From Octopus vulgaris (Eukaryota): DNA of 64,000 nucleotides. The DNA lies in contig OX597819.1 of assembly GCA_951406725.2 (NCBI GenBank), positions 119,102,001 to 119,166,000 on the forward strand. Direction: 5' to 3'. Every line of letters starts with the position of its first letter. Positions within the stretch are counted from its first letter, which is position 1. The translations under genes were made by a program, and so were the position numbers. Positions 12,849 through 26,374 of the stretch are shown here, piece by piece. The notes beneath the pieces were generated by a model that saw only the letters and a program-made list of their open reading frames with translations, made no database searches and was not told where the DNA came from.

Positions 12849-12849
12849 T

Positions 12850-13045
12850 GAGGCGGTGAGCTGGCAAGATCGTTTGCACGCCGGGCAAAACGCATAGCCC
12901 CATTTCGTCCGTCTTTATGTTTGAGGTCAAATTCCGCGAGGTCACCTTTGCCTATAAAATAAGTACCGGTAAAGTACAGGGATTGGTGCTGAATACTGTC
13001 CTCGTCCCAACAAAATCCAGGCCTTGTGAATATAGTAGAATGGAT
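12850..13045 (+). mobile_element. SINE family A between (ATT)n and (AAT)n tracts
   Basis: aggcggtgagctggcaag...gaggtcaaattccgc...aaataagtacc. Confidence 0.75.
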
Positions 13046-13169
13046 TAATAATAATGATAATAATAATAATAATAATAATGATAATAATAATAATAATATT
13101 AAAAATAACAATAATAATAAAAATAATAATAATATTAATAATAATAATAATAATAATAATAAAAATAAA

Positions 13170-13232
<63 letters not shown>

Positions 13233-13255
13233 TATAATAATGATAATAATAATGA
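13046..13255. repeat. (AAT)n microsatellite; complementary (ATT)n at 12779-12847
   Basis: Direct reading; source of poly-N and poly-I ORFs. Confidence 0.97.
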
Positions 13256-13984
13256 AATTATTGTATATTGTGCTCAGGTGCACCACAACTTGTCAAAAAG
13301 TGCGTATAAAGTATATGTAGTAAAGTAATAATACTATTATTATTATTATTATTATTGTTGTTGTTGTTGTTGTCGTTTCTACCGTTGCTGTTGTTTTTGT
13401 TGTTGAAAAATGTACAAGTAAATGAGAGAAAAAACGTGGTGCATCATTATTCTGAGTAATAATAAAATGATTGCGAAGATGATGAAGATCGTGGAGAAAT
13501 CCATGTTGTGTTGTTAACGATTAAGATGATACCGAGGATAAGGATAATTATGTGCACGCCAATGAATTTTTTTTTGCATCATTATAGTTATAATGATCCT
13601 TATGAATAGATATTCGCCTGCATCATGGATATTACGCGCGTAATTTACACGTTTGAATAAAAATTAAGATCATTAAGATAATGCTCGCGATTTTACTGCC
13701 GTGATATTACTATCTTACTGAACACGTTAGCAATGACAATGATAGTTACGTTGATGAGAGCGTTGACATATTTAGCAAGTTGAATGTTATTGATTTATTT
13801 TTTGAAGCCCCAATGGAACTAGATCAAAAGGGAACTTAATGAATGTAATATCTGCAAACAGTTTCTGATCCTTTAAATACCAAAGACAATGTGCTCAAAT
13901 ACGCCTCCATAGGTGTGCGTGCGAACATATACCACTGAGTAAAATTGAAACGGAACATATTGACATTAAGAAGTGAATCTCCAA

Positions 13985-14360
13985 AGTCCATCCCTTCCTC
14001 ACAGTGGCGTGGACGCTGGCAACGGGTAGTGTCAGAGCTATGCCGTCAGGAACTTCGGTTCCTGGTAGGGCCACCCAAGGTGGATTGGTCTGACACCGAG
14101 TGGTATTAGGGCTACAACCCGGCAGACGGGGCTCTGGTGAAAATCCTCGGAGTGTCTGTTTCGGCAACCGGCGGCTCCTCGGTCGTTCTGTCCCTGCGTC
14201 TGCGGACAATCTGCGGCAAACAGGATGTCTCTACATGCGGGATTGTTGGAGACCGCTTGTGAAATCCACATATTCTCACGAAACTTCTTCTGCCTCGAGG
14301 GTGGTAGAAGAAGCCGACTCAACCCGCCCTGGGTGAGTGTCGACACAAGTACAGGTAAGT
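13985..14360 (+). mobile_element. GC-rich island resembling the 5' UTR of an RTE-clade LINE
   Basis: gagctatgccg..ttcctggtagggccacccaagg motif recalled from RTE 5' UTRs; CpG-rich against AT-rich flanks; stops in all + frames. Confidence 0.4.
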
Positions 14361-14892
14361 AAGACTCTCACGATTTCATAATCTCATCACAATATCCACA
14401 CTCATATAGTTTTTACTTGATATATGAAACAATTCAATCTACATTCAATTCGATTTACATTCAATTGAACTATAATAAAAGAATTAACTTTATGCTGCAT
14501 AAAGATACGATAACTGCCATCTATCTATTATTTATTTCAAAGAAGTCTAAGTTACCTAGATTCGTATTCTTCGTTCACGTTTACAATGAATTAACATCCT
14601 GACATCTTACGATTAATAAGTGACTTCTATCTGCCTGCGGTGAGTTATCTTTACTGCCATATGAGCTTGAAATTGAAGATTTACCCGCTGACACGAAGAA
14701 ATATATGTGCCCGTATAAGGGTTAGTCCTAAATATATCTATATGGACGATAATTATGAATACCAATTTAAGATCGACACAAGAATTTATCATCAGACTGA
14801 AACCTAATATAAACTAGTTATCCTTCAAGATCAGTCATATCCCCGTTAAATCTTCCTGTATACTAGATGGTGGAAGAAAATTCGATATGATC

Positions 14893-15590
14893 TTTTGATC
14901 CAATCTCATGCCGAAATTGACAAGAAATTGTACACAGGAAAGTACTGAAATGCCGTTATGATGGATAAAACTGTCTATATTAATTTACACACGGTTGAGA
15001 TTTGCGTGCACATCCTTCAATAGAAATATGATATTCATTGTTAGTTTTATGCATAAGCATTTCATATATAAAGCGAAGATAGTGTTTAATGTTTTATGTG
15101 ATAGCGTGCTGTGCACTTAGTAAGTGTGAAAAGGAAGGAAAGGATTATTCCAGTGTAGAATAAATCGATAAGTGTGATGTACCTTTGTGATAACCGAATC
15201 AAACATTAACTTCAGTGAGATAAAGTACTTTACATGATGTAAAGCAGGCCAACACAGTAACAAATTGTAATGATAGACTGCAAGCTTCTCTGCTTTGGCG
15301 AATGGGTTACTCTGAAATAAGTGATTCTAGTGTGTAGATTTTCTACAAATGGAAAAGAAGTGATCAAGTTTTAAATAAATATCATTTACGTAGATGTAGA
15401 ATATTTTCTTTTATTTATAAAAAATATAAATATTTCAAAATGCAAATGGCGTGTAGCATAGGAGGTAATATAGTCTCGTAATGATACAAAGATAGAAGCT
15501 ACAAATACACCGCACTCACTCGCACGCACACAGATGCTTTTATTCTATGTATATTGATTATGCGTGTATATATATATATATATGTATGTG

Positions 15591-15621
<31 letters not shown>

Positions 15622-16283
15622 TTGCGTGTGTTTGAGTGTGTGTTTATATGTGTGTCCATGTGTCAATGTGTTTAGGTTGGATTATATAGCTTCTAACCCT
15701 ATATCACGGTGGTAATTATTTTCCGTTATAAAATATTTGATTTGCATATTTAAATGTTGTCCTTAAGAAAAACACTTCGTATATTAATGTATGTGTAAAA
15801 CCACAAAATATATTACACCCTTTATTTCTTTCCCTTCTTCAGAAAGAGAAAAAATAACAGCAACGCTTATCGAGTATTCAGTGGTGTGTAAACTCATATT
15901 TTCTATCATTAGCCTGTATCAGAGTATAACTCTATTTTACTTTATATAATATATTCTATCATACCAAACTAACTTCGATGCGTTTGGTTCCTTCCAAACA
16001 ATGGCGAAACCCATTTATCGATTTGACTACAATGAAATCCTTCTCTTCCTTTTCACACCAAGTACTCTGCACGCTATCACATATAACAACATTAAACATC
16101 ATCTTCACTTTATATATGATATGCTTATGCATGAACCTAACAATGAATATCTCTATTGAAGGATACGCACGCAAATCTCAACAGAGTATAAATTAATATA
16201 GACTGTTCTATCCATTACAACGCAATTTCAGAACATTCTAGTATAAAATTATGTATCCTTCTTGGTAGGTGATGGGATCAAAC
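14893..16283. repeat. Long diverged inverted repeat (arms 14893-15172 and 16014-16283)
   Basis: gtctatattaattta.ac.c.gttgagatttgcgtgc..atccttcaataga..atattcattgttag..tgcataagcat.tcatatataaag is present on opposite strands. Confidence 0.85.
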
Positions 16284-16889
16284 AATGAAGCTGAAATTTA
16301 TAAGAGTACGGGAGACCTTTTAGAAGAACCATTTTTTTTATGTATTGAGGATGAGTTTCCGTGCTGAACTAAAAGTGTTATTTTTATCTATCATCCCCAT
16401 AATTACATGAAATCCCTTACATTTGCATACATATATGATCATGATCCAGTGAGCTTTGTCATTAGCTCTGCACAATTCTTAATTGATCATAAAGAAACTC
16501 TTTACAATTCTGCTTATATTAATGGCTGCAGTAAAAGACAGCTGAACTTGCCAATATATTGTGTATGTGAGTGTGAGAAATTATGGGTATACATGACGTA
16601 TATAAGCATTACTATCAACAGGTCATGATCACACACATGTGTGTGTGTGTGTGTGCGTGCGTGTGTGCATGAATCTGCATGCGTGTATATGTATGTGTGT
16701 GTTTGTGTGTATGTTGGTGTGTGTGCGTGCCTGTATATATATATATATGTATGTATGTATATTCCAAAGAAAAACGATTTCATTCACACAAACATGCAAC
16801 CGAAGAGCTTAAATATACTAGTAATAATAAGGCTGTTGACTGAGAGAACACAAACATGGTTTAAACAGTAAGCTTGGCAGGAAAGCAAC

Positions 16890-17135
16890 GTGCCTTTAAG
16901 CAGTACAAAAAACAACAAAACATGGAAGGTGTAGTTACGTACAGGTTGACGGAAGAAAAACAGGACAAAAACGGCTTTATCGATCGCATTCTCACCTGGA
17001 ATCGATTTTTGTAATTTTTCAAGTCTTATACGCGCCCTGATACCGTCGGTATCTACATATCAAATGTGAGTGCAATCGGATGGAATATGCCCGAGATCCT
17101 AGAAGACATACACACACACACAGTCGGAAATGATT
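16890..17135 (+). mobile_element. Possible non-autonomous Helitron-like (Lep1/DINE-type) 3' fragment
   Basis: ctacatatcaaatgtgagtgcaatcggatg...cgagatcctagaagacatacacacaca: the caaat..aatcgg motif followed by a (CA)n microsatellite is recalled from such elements. Confidence 0.35.
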
Positions 17136-17566
17136 TCACCTACTTCGATGTGTCTGTGTGTGTATGTATATGTATAAGCAGTGTATACATAGATAGTCAA
17201 AGGAGTTCTATAGCAGCTGACGGAACTCAAACCTGAAATGAAACATGTAATGTCTACAGCTCACCTTCTGTCGCTTCAACATGAACCTGTTGTGTACAGA
17301 ATATGTTTACCTTAAATATACACCGGCAAAAATAAAGTTGTATAAAAATAGTTATTGTCTGCATTATTCGAAAGAGAAATAAATTCTGCATAAGGTGTAA
17401 AAGATAATTATAATTTGTATGGTGTTAGTAACAAAATATTTTGTAAAAAATAGAACTTTTATCATCGGTCTTAAATTTATTTTCGCCATTGTATGTTATA
17501 ATAATCTATAGCAATACGACGATAAGCTGTTAACACTCACAGGCATACACGCACACACATACCTAT

Positions 17567-17795
17567 TTCATTACTACCCACAAGGGCTAAATACAGAGAG
17601 CACAAACAGGGACAGACAAACGGGTTAAGTCAATTACATCGACCCCAGTGCGTAACTGGTACTTAATTTAGTCGATCCCGAAAGGATGAAAGGCAAAGTC
17701 GACCTCGGCGGAATTTGAACTCAGAACGTAGCGGCAGATGAAATACTGCTAAGCATTTCGCCCGGCGTGCTAACGTTTCTGTCAGCTCGCCTCCC
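17567..17795 (-). mobile_element. Full-length SINE family A with target-site duplication
   Basis: Flanking direct repeat gcacacacatacctat at 17551-17566 and 17800-17815. Confidence 0.9.
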
Positions 17796-18139
17796 AAATG
17801 CACACACATACCTATAACGTAATATTAGTACTTTTCAACGAAGTGATGAATATTAAATGAATCTAATCAGATCATTTAGCCTTATATATGAATGTGTTTT
17901 CCAACAGTGTGTTCTGGGAAATTTAGTAAAGGTGCTCAGCTACTGACGAAGATGCAAACTGTGTTAAAATGTGCAGTACGAAAAACGTCTAAGTACACCT
18001 TGCGTATATACAGGCAAGATTTGCTTCATCGCATTTATACACATAAAGTTGTTAAAAACATTGGCGAGTTAGGTGCCGGATTCTCTTTTGATATACATAA
18101 ACAACAGCATTGTCCCAAAAGTCATAACTCTCTCTCTCT

Positions 18140-18810
18140 CTCTTTTACTCTTTTTTAGTTGTTTCAGTCATTTGACTGCGGCCATGCTGGAGCACCGCCT
18201 TTAGTCGAGCAAATCGACCCCGGGACTTATTCTTTGTAAGTCCAGTACTTATTCTATCGGTCTCTTTTGCCGAACCGCTAAGTTACGGGGACGTAAACAC
18301 ACCAGCATCGGTTGTCAAGTAATGCTAGAGGGACAAACACAGACACACAAACATATACACACACATACATACATATATATATATATACATATTTACGACA
18401 GGCTTCTTTCAGTTTCCGTCTACAAAATCCACTCACAAGGCTTTAGTCGGCCCGAGGCTATAGCAGAAGACACTTGCCCAAGATGCCACGCAGTGGGACT
18501 GAACCCAAAACCATGTGGTTGGTTGGTAAGCTACTTACCAACTTTAGGCGGTGAGCTGGCAGAAACGTTAGCACGCCGGGCGAAATGCTTAGCGGTATTT
18601 CGTCTGTGTTACGTTGTGAGTTCGAATTCCGCCGAGGTCGACTTTGCCTTTCATCCTTTCGGGGTCGATAAATCAAGTACCAGTTACGCACTGGGGTCGA
18701 TGTAATCGACTTAATACCTATGTCTGTCCTTGTTTTTCCCCTCTGTGTTTAGCCCCTTGTGGGTAATAAAGAAATAGGTAAGCTACTTACCACACAGCCA
18801 CACCTGCAGG
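18140..18810 (-). mobile_element. Full-length SINE family B interrupted by a SINE A insertion
   Basis: Matches 61338-61745 on both sides of the insert. Confidence 0.9.
18545..18776 (+). mobile_element. Young full-length SINE family A nested in SINE B
   Basis: 16-bp TSD ggtaagctacttacca at 18525-18540 and 18777-18792. Confidence 0.9.
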
Positions 18811-19288
18811 GATTAAAATAAGGAAAACATAATGATGACATTATCTTTGGAACGGTAGTTTTACAAGATAAGAGATTTCGCACGTCTAAGTTTGTACTTA
18901 CAAAATGAAGAGAAGAGATTGATTTGGAAACATTATCATGGCAGAAACTAAGACAGTATTTACATGTTTAACCAAGTTCTACCGATTCCTACCACTTTAA
19001 CCTGAGTCTGTAGTCGTACTGAAATAAAAGGAAAAATTATGGGAAGCAAATTAATCTTTTAGAATATGTTAGCTATTCTATAAATGCACATGTTTTGCTG
19101 ATAAGGAACCTGCAGTGTTGTATTTCATTTCCTTCTTGTCGTTGCAGGGTTGCAGTTCACAACAGAACTGGAAACATATATATATATATATATATAAAAT
19201 ATTATTAGAGACAAAACCACTATTTTGCAAAACAAACAAGGAAAGACTTAATCAATACATAAAATTTTAATAAATATCAAAAAAACCG

Positions 19289-19331
19289 CCACTACAATCG
19301 TTTCTTGTCTTGATCGACAATCTTCAGGTGG
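19289..19331 (-). ncRNA. Minimal type-I hammerhead ribozyme (inverted copy)
   Basis: Exact reverse complement of 19368-19410. Confidence 0.8.
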
Positions 19332-19367
19332 ACTTCAATAAGTAATTTGAAACTGACTTATTGAAGT

Positions 19368-19410
19368 CCACCTGAAGATTGTCGATCAAGACAAGAAACG
19401 ATTGTAGTGG
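19368..19410 (+). ncRNA. Minimal type-I hammerhead ribozyme
   Basis: ccac-CTGAAGA-ttgtc gatcaa gacaa-GAAAC-gatt-GTA-gtgg: intact core, 4-bp helix I, 5-bp helix II, near-palindromic helix III, GUA triplet. Confidence 0.8.
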
Positions 19411-19585
19411 CGGTTTTTTTGACTATTTATTAAAATTTTATGTATTGATTAAGTCTTTCCTTGTTTGTTTTGCAAAATAGTGGTTTTGTCTCTAATAATA
19501 TTTTATAATATTTTACTATAAAATTGGATTTAATCCTAAATCTGATTTTTTTCCTGTAAATTTGGATTTATTCCCTAATATTTAT

Positions 19586-19723
<138 letters not shown>

Positions 19724-21335
19724 GGGGGGTTAGAGAGAGAGGGAGAGAGATAGAATGTAGGTGTGTGCCCTCTGTGTGCATACATAGAAGAGATAATATA
19801 TTTATTTAACTGGAAATATTTGTTTTAATTTATGAGTTGCCTAGTTTGTAAAAACTTTTCTGTCATATGCATCTGCCCCCAATATATATTGTAGTAATAT
19901 TTAAGCAAAACATTTAGAGACGACCATTTAATTTATTTTTTTTATATTGCTTTAATATACAGGTCACATTCATAATTTATTTTCTAGCTGTGTTCTCTCT
20001 GTAGGTAATTTCGCTGATATTCTCCTTTTCGCTCTATCATTTTCTCTACTTTCTATCACTTTCAAACAAGTGAATCTGTGCAGAAACATGGCGTACTGCT
20101 ATAGATATCTATCTCATGTTACGTCACTTATCTTTGCATCGAAATAATACCTATGTTATTAAGCAGGATGCAAATAACGATTGCAACGTAGCTAGAAATA
20201 CATCTCTACAGTATTGAATTATTCCTAGCAACGTATTAAGCGTAACTGAAACTTTTCCTTTCTGCTAAAAGCCTGGAAATGTTAAGGGTAATAAAGATAT
20301 CTTACTGTATTATTTTCTTAAGAAAAAACAAAAACAGGGGAACATTCTATCTGTAGGGGAAAATAACTTAACATATTGCAGTTGGTACAATATAATTCCA
20401 TCGTTTATACAAACATCTAATGTTCTGCTCTTATCACAGGCAAGTTTATAATTACGCATTCTTCTAATTTATACAAACAATACAAATGGGATATGCATTT
20501 TCATAATGGCAATTGGTTGCAGGGAAATTACGTCTGATAAAAAACAATGATGCATTTGTTTGAATGAGAATGGCGTTTCGAGAAAATCGGTGATTCATTA
20601 ACGGATCCATTTATCTCCATAATTGCCGCATATGTACAACAATGTATGACTTATGCATATCCGTAACGGCACACGTTTATTTATTTGTCGTTAGAAAAAT
20701 CGACTCAGCTTGCGGTTTCCATTGGTAGCCTCATACTAATGACGTTCAATGATTATTAAGAAATTGCACCACTGCAGGTAGACGTTTTCTGTCTACTACT
20801 CATCAATTTCTGTATTATTTTATTCCACTATAAGTCCATACGTGTTGGCTTCTCCACAGGAAAGCAGCTGCTTAATAATGAATATACATGAATGTATATG
20901 TACGTACCCATATACACATGTGTATGTGTGTGTCAGTGTGTGTATACTTATAATGTTCACCATCCAAATAACATTTATAGTTATATCCTTCAATCTCTCC
21001 AATTCAGCAACAATCAGAGATGGAATGAATTGTGTACAATTGTTTTTAATATATTTTACTTGCAATTACGCTAAGCAAGCATATGCGCCTCAAACACACA
21101 ATTACACCGTATTTAATGTACATATATTTGGTTTCAATGTTTGCCATCTTAATATAAAGCGATTTAATATAGCAATAATGGGCGATTCATCTTATATTGA
21201 TTTGCAACGTTAGTGAAACAAAGGCAAAACGTGGATACGAGGATCGGGAATTTCAAGTGGAAATCCATGGTGTAAGAAAAGACAGATATAATATCATATA
21301 TATAATATCATATAATCATATATATATATATATAC

Positions 21336-21512
<177 letters not shown>

Positions 21513-21834
21513 GGAATTAAACGCATGTTCCGAAGATATCACTGGTATTATTCCAAATGAGTAAAATGGTGTAAAACAATGTAATCTTCCCTTCATGTAG
21601 GTGAACAAATGAAACTCATCGATGAGACATTTTAACAGAAAATGATGGATATGTATAATGATTAAATGAACGCTATTAAGATTGTTTAAAAAAACATAGG
21701 ATATAAGTCAAGGGTGCCTATAGAAAGAGGTGGGATAAAGTAAAGAAAAACTATATAACTATGAAGTATATGACTATATGTAAATTAAATAATATCATAT
21801 AGACTTGGTAAAATATATGTCTAGTGAATGGGAA

Positions 21835-22294
21835 ATGTAAGAGGAAAAGGATTGCCTGCCGGACTCGTACGGCAGAACAATAACATCGGCAGTGTTGTTG
21901 ATTGCCCTCCGAAAATCCCCTTGCATAATCTCATGAATTTTCTCCACATTTCTGGACTCTCTTGGAAGGTCTTCCACATTGATCATCCTGTTCCACAGAC
22001 GCTCAACTTTCAAAGCGTCCGCGCCACTCGAAACATTGTGTACGGCCATTGCCTTGTCAGCGTGAGCTTCCCGAAGCATGCCCGATATCTTTGTAGCAGA
22101 GTTCGAAATTTTAAAATAAAATACCATTTCGGCTCTGTTTTCTGCTTTTCACAACTTACGAAGTAAACACTGCCATGCCACTCGGCACATTGTTTCATGA
22201 AAGACACTGCTGGCTCTCACTCCGAACGCAGACGTGTGCTGCCATTAATTGACGCGCTACAGAAGTAGTCCGGGAACTTTCTGATATCACCTCG
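21835..22294 (-). mobile_element. Mariner 5' fragment (TIR plus decayed transposase N-terminus)
   Basis: Terminus cgaggtgatatcagaaagttcccggact; peptide FKISNSATKISGMLREAHADKAM..NVEKIHE resembles the mariner HTH region. Confidence 0.7.
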
Positions 22295-23157
22295 CACTTC
22301 AGTGAACGAATTTGGAGATTCAGCTGTTTTGACAGTTTGTGATAGTGCGAATTAATTACGACGCCCTTAGTACTAATTTTCAATTAGAATGCTAATAAAT
22401 GGAATTATTAGTACGAACATTAAAAATAATGCAGTGTCATTATTCAAGATTTGGGGATGCAATAATCATATTCATTGAATTCCTAATAACAGAAAAGGAA
22501 ATTAATGAAAGATTAAAGTCTAATTAAATACTAAACATTGAGAGAATGGGAAAACGGATGGACACAAGATGTTTACATTTTATCTTTCGTAAAAAATGTA
22601 ATTAAAAAGTCACAATACATGGCATAAGAATTGAGACTAGCTGACACCACTGCTACAGGTCTCTTGTAATTCCTTTGAGAATTTTAGCATATAACATTGT
22701 TAAAACTAATAGATACTTTCACGAGAAAATTATTGCCAATTGAAAACAATTAAGAATATGAAATTGAAGCATGCATAACATAATATTGCGACACATTATT
22801 AAAACAATGTTTATGAATTTAGTTTGTGGATGCAAATACATTTCTGGTAGCATTGATATGCAAATATATTTGTTGGTAATTTGTTGGCAATTCCACAGAT
22901 CGTGCTGTAAAATATACGCACAAATTTTACTTCCTTGAACTTTCAAGTTTACCTTTTACGTGTACAGTACAATTTATTTATCATTGCTCATTAGCAGATT
23001 ACTACTTCGAACGCAGCAGTCGCCATAGATGTATACGCAATTAATTGAAAACGCACTGTGAGAGAGTATATAACACAAGTTCATTTATTTTCAGAACATT
23101 TCATTAGATTCGCAGCTATATATCCACTTCTTCACCATGCTTTGTAAAGAAAATTGA

Positions 23158-23252
23158 GAGGCGCAGGAGTAGCTGTATGGTAAGTAGCTTGCTTACCAGC
23201 CACATGGTTCCGGGTTCATTCTCACTGAGTGGCACCTTGGGCTAGTGTCTTC

Positions 23253-23284
<32 letters not shown>

Positions 23285-23634
23285 ATATATTTTTTTCGAC
23301 GGGACAGGTCGTTTATTTATGATGCGTTCAGAACCAGTTTTGCTGATAAGTACGTAAGTACGAAATCACAGGTGATACAAGACTAAATTCATTTTTTAAA
23401 TGTCTTGCTTTGAAAGATTGCATTGGGTAGAATTAGTAAAATTTTTGGTAGAAATGACTAATGTCCCTCTTAGCGTGTGGCATGTATGTATAATAATGCC
23501 CTCTATATATAAATTAATATGTTCAATAAGAAAGAATTATTTTCGAAATTTTTCTCTTATGAGGTTTTTCACGCTATCTACCTGATAATTTCTTGTTAAG
23601 ATTCCTTATTAAGAAGTTATCCTTAATTGTTAAA

Positions 23635-23690
<56 letters not shown>

Positions 23691-23925
23691 GTATGTATAT
23701 ATATGTGTATATGTTTGTCCCCCCCCCCCAGCATTGCTTGACAACGGACGCTGGTGTGTTTAGGTCCCCGTAACTAAGCGGTTTGGCAAAAGAGACCGAT
23801 AGAATAAGTAAGTACTAGGCTTCCAAAGAATAAGTCCTGGGGTCGATTTGCTCGACTAAAGGCGGTGCTCCAGCATGGCCGAAGTCAAACGACTGAAACA
23901 AGTAAAAGAGTAAAAGAATAAAAGA
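23158..23925 (+). mobile_element. SINE family B head (23158-23255) and 3' half (23700-23925) separated by unrelated sequence
   Basis: gaggcgcaggagtagctgtatggtaagtagc...; gtttgtccccc..gcattgcttgacaac...gaaacaagtaaaagagtaaaag. Confidence 0.75.
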
Positions 23926-24346
23926 GAGAGACACTTGTCTGTGTTTCACCAAACACAGCTAAACCAGGATCAATTAAATATCAACATGAATGATCGTCAA
24001 TGTTTACGTTCTGTAGCAGAGTGCATTAAATATCGCTATTCTGATTCTCAGTCTTCCAAGTCCACATGATTATTTATTAAAGAAACATTTTAATAAGAAG
24101 TGTTTTTTTAGGGATATGAGAGAACTGAGCGATCCTCCTGCTTGGTTAAATCTGCTCGAAGTTAGAACAATTTCGAAAAGGTGTAATATGCATAACCGCA
24201 AACATGACTTTAATAGCTTCAATTCACAAACATTTGGAATGCAGCATAACATATTAGGTCGACGTATTTGTGTATCTTTGCCTCACTACATACATACTCA
24301 CGCGCGCCCACACACACATATATACATACATATAAATGTGTGTTTA

Positions 24347-24347
24347 C

Positions 24348-24427
<80 letters not shown>

Positions 24428-24477
24428 GAATATATATATATATATATATATACATATATACATATATACATACATAC

Positions 24478-24518
<41 letters not shown>

Positions 24519-24563
24519 AAGACGAAGAGGTAGATATATATATATATATATAGATAGATAGAT

Positions 24564-24600
<37 letters not shown>

Positions 24601-24638
24601 CTGACAGATAGATAGATATAGATAGATAGATACATATT

Positions 24639-24689
<51 letters not shown>

Positions 24690-24732
24690 TATAGATAGAT
24701 AGATAGATAGATAGAGATTGAGAGAGAGAGAG
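24347..24732. repeat. Compound (TA)n/(GA)n/(GATA)n microsatellite
   Basis: Direct reading. Confidence 0.95.
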
Positions 24733-25183
24733 GTTGACGTATATATCTCTTATTATCATTTTAAATTGTTACCCTAGATGATAATAGATTAAATGATATC
24801 TTCGCAAATTATTTTCCGGTGAATTAGTTTTCCTCGTTAATTATTTGCTATGTGTTGAAATCATGTTCAAACTGACGGTTGCCAGGTTTCGGCGCAAAAC
24901 GAATCAGTTGCAGAGCAGAATTTAACATGAGGGGTTGGGTTTCTATTTCAGGGTAACGCGTGCTGAGGAAGGTGAAGCAATTATGCCAGTGCAGAAACAG
25001 GTCCACGTGTATGCTGAGAGATTCTTATAAATAACTGTTATTTCATGGAGGTAAACATACATGGTGCGTGTTTTTGTATATTTTTAATCCTTCAGCTATA
25101 GCCGGTTAGCTACTTCATCGATAACTTTCTGGATATTTGAATTATCTGCAAAGATACATAGTTTACTGTGCTTGTGTGACAGC

Positions 25184-25625
25184 ATCCTATGGAATTTTAT
25201 GATTCAGTGCAACCATGAGATAGATAATAGGAAGCCAGACACAGTCTTAATTGAGAAGGAAAACAAGCTATGCTGGATCATAGATATAGCATTCTCAGCT
25301 GACAACAAGATAAGTGATAAGTAAGAGAGAAAAATCGAGTGATATGACTGGTTAGCTTGGGAAGTTAAGCAGTTGTGGGCGATGAAAAACGTAGCAGTAG
25401 TACCAATCTTTGTCGGAGCCTGGGGACAGTGAGCAAAAATCTCGAGAAATACATGGAACAAATATTCGCTGCAATAAGGGTGGAGCACTTGCAGAAAACA
25501 GCACTGCTTGGAACCGCTCGAATACTCCGGAAGGTACTCTAAAAATAAGAAGGTTTACCTTAGTTCAGTGGTAGTGAACGGCTGACACTGTAGTATACCT
25601 CCAGTGTTAGAAGCTATGCAAAGGC
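25184..25625 (+). mobile_element. R4/Dong-clade non-LTR retrotransposon 3' end (RLE domain pseudogene plus 3' UTR)
   Basis: ILWNFMIQCNHEIDNRKPDTVLIEKENKLCWIIDIA...VVPIFVGA/GTVSKNLEKY...LQKTALLGTARILRKVL* (stop 25540-25542) with internal stops and a frameshift; followed by (GAT)n. Confidence 0.85.
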
Positions 25626-25666
25626 GATGATGAGGAGGAGGATAGTGTTGGTGGTGGTGGTGGTGG

Positions 25667-25727
<61 letters not shown>

Positions 25728-25789
25728 AATATGAATAATACATCCGGAAACAAGTTCTCAGATCTAATTACACCCAGTTCCAAATAGAT

Positions 25790-26370
25790 AAACGCAATGG
25801 ATTACACTTTTGCATGGTGTATGGAAGCATGCAGGGAACAGTCTCATATGATGTTAGTGTTTCTAGCTAATCGGCCCCAAAGCACTTCAATAGGAAGCAC
25901 AGTAACTTGGCTAAGTTTATTCTCTTGAGACTGTATGAAAATATGGTCTTGGAAGCATGCGGAAATCGTACGAACATGAACAAGGAAGCGGAGCTGAGAA
26001 TAATGAATACAAGATCCTGTCGGACTTTACAATTCAATGTGATTCAGCAGTTGGTGTCGGGAGAGCAGACATTGTTAGATGGAGAAAGGAAATCAAGGTC
26101 ATAGTTATTACCACACCTGGAAATGCACGCGTAGGTGACAGACACCTATAAAAGGTTAAAGAATACAAGTAACTAAATGACGAAACCGCAAGAAAGTGGA
26201 CACTGAAAAGTGTAATTTTCATCGTATTGGCTGTAAGGTAATAAGATTCCGTAAGGAAAAATTCAAGAAATATATTGGAGAAACTGTAATTGAGATGAAG
26301 TTATATCGCGCCCAATGAACTGATCTGTAAACACTGCAAAATCGTCACTCCTGCTTGCTGGTATGAACAT
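25790..26370 (+). mobile_element. Second, older R4/Dong-type fragment (CCHC remnant plus RLE)
   Basis: YEHEQGSGAENNEYKILSDFTIQCDSAVGVGRADIV..IVITTPGNARV resembles the R4/Dong WYEH.P..EN..KILWDF.IQTD..RPDIV..ID.A.PGD pattern. Confidence 0.7.
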
Positions 26371-26374
26371 AATT

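Noticed and set aside
13985-14030. HDV-like ribozyme suggested by the tcctcac loop
   Set aside because: Could not build the nested double pseudoknot (P1.1, P2, P4) by eye; only a simple hairpin is evident
18322-18705. 127-aa ORF and similar ORFs at 49611-50037 and 61506-61748
   Set aside because: Read-through of SINE A/B sequence; recurring peptides reflect repeat homology, not a gene family
19120-19175. Candidate host splice acceptors (also near 20000, 28005, 41010)
   Set aside because: No matching donor or reading frame; such AG motifs are expected by chance in AT-rich DNA
21515-21630. Minus-strand TCGATGA...GGAAC-atgc-GTT hammerhead-like string
   Set aside because: Multiple core mismatches and no convincing helices
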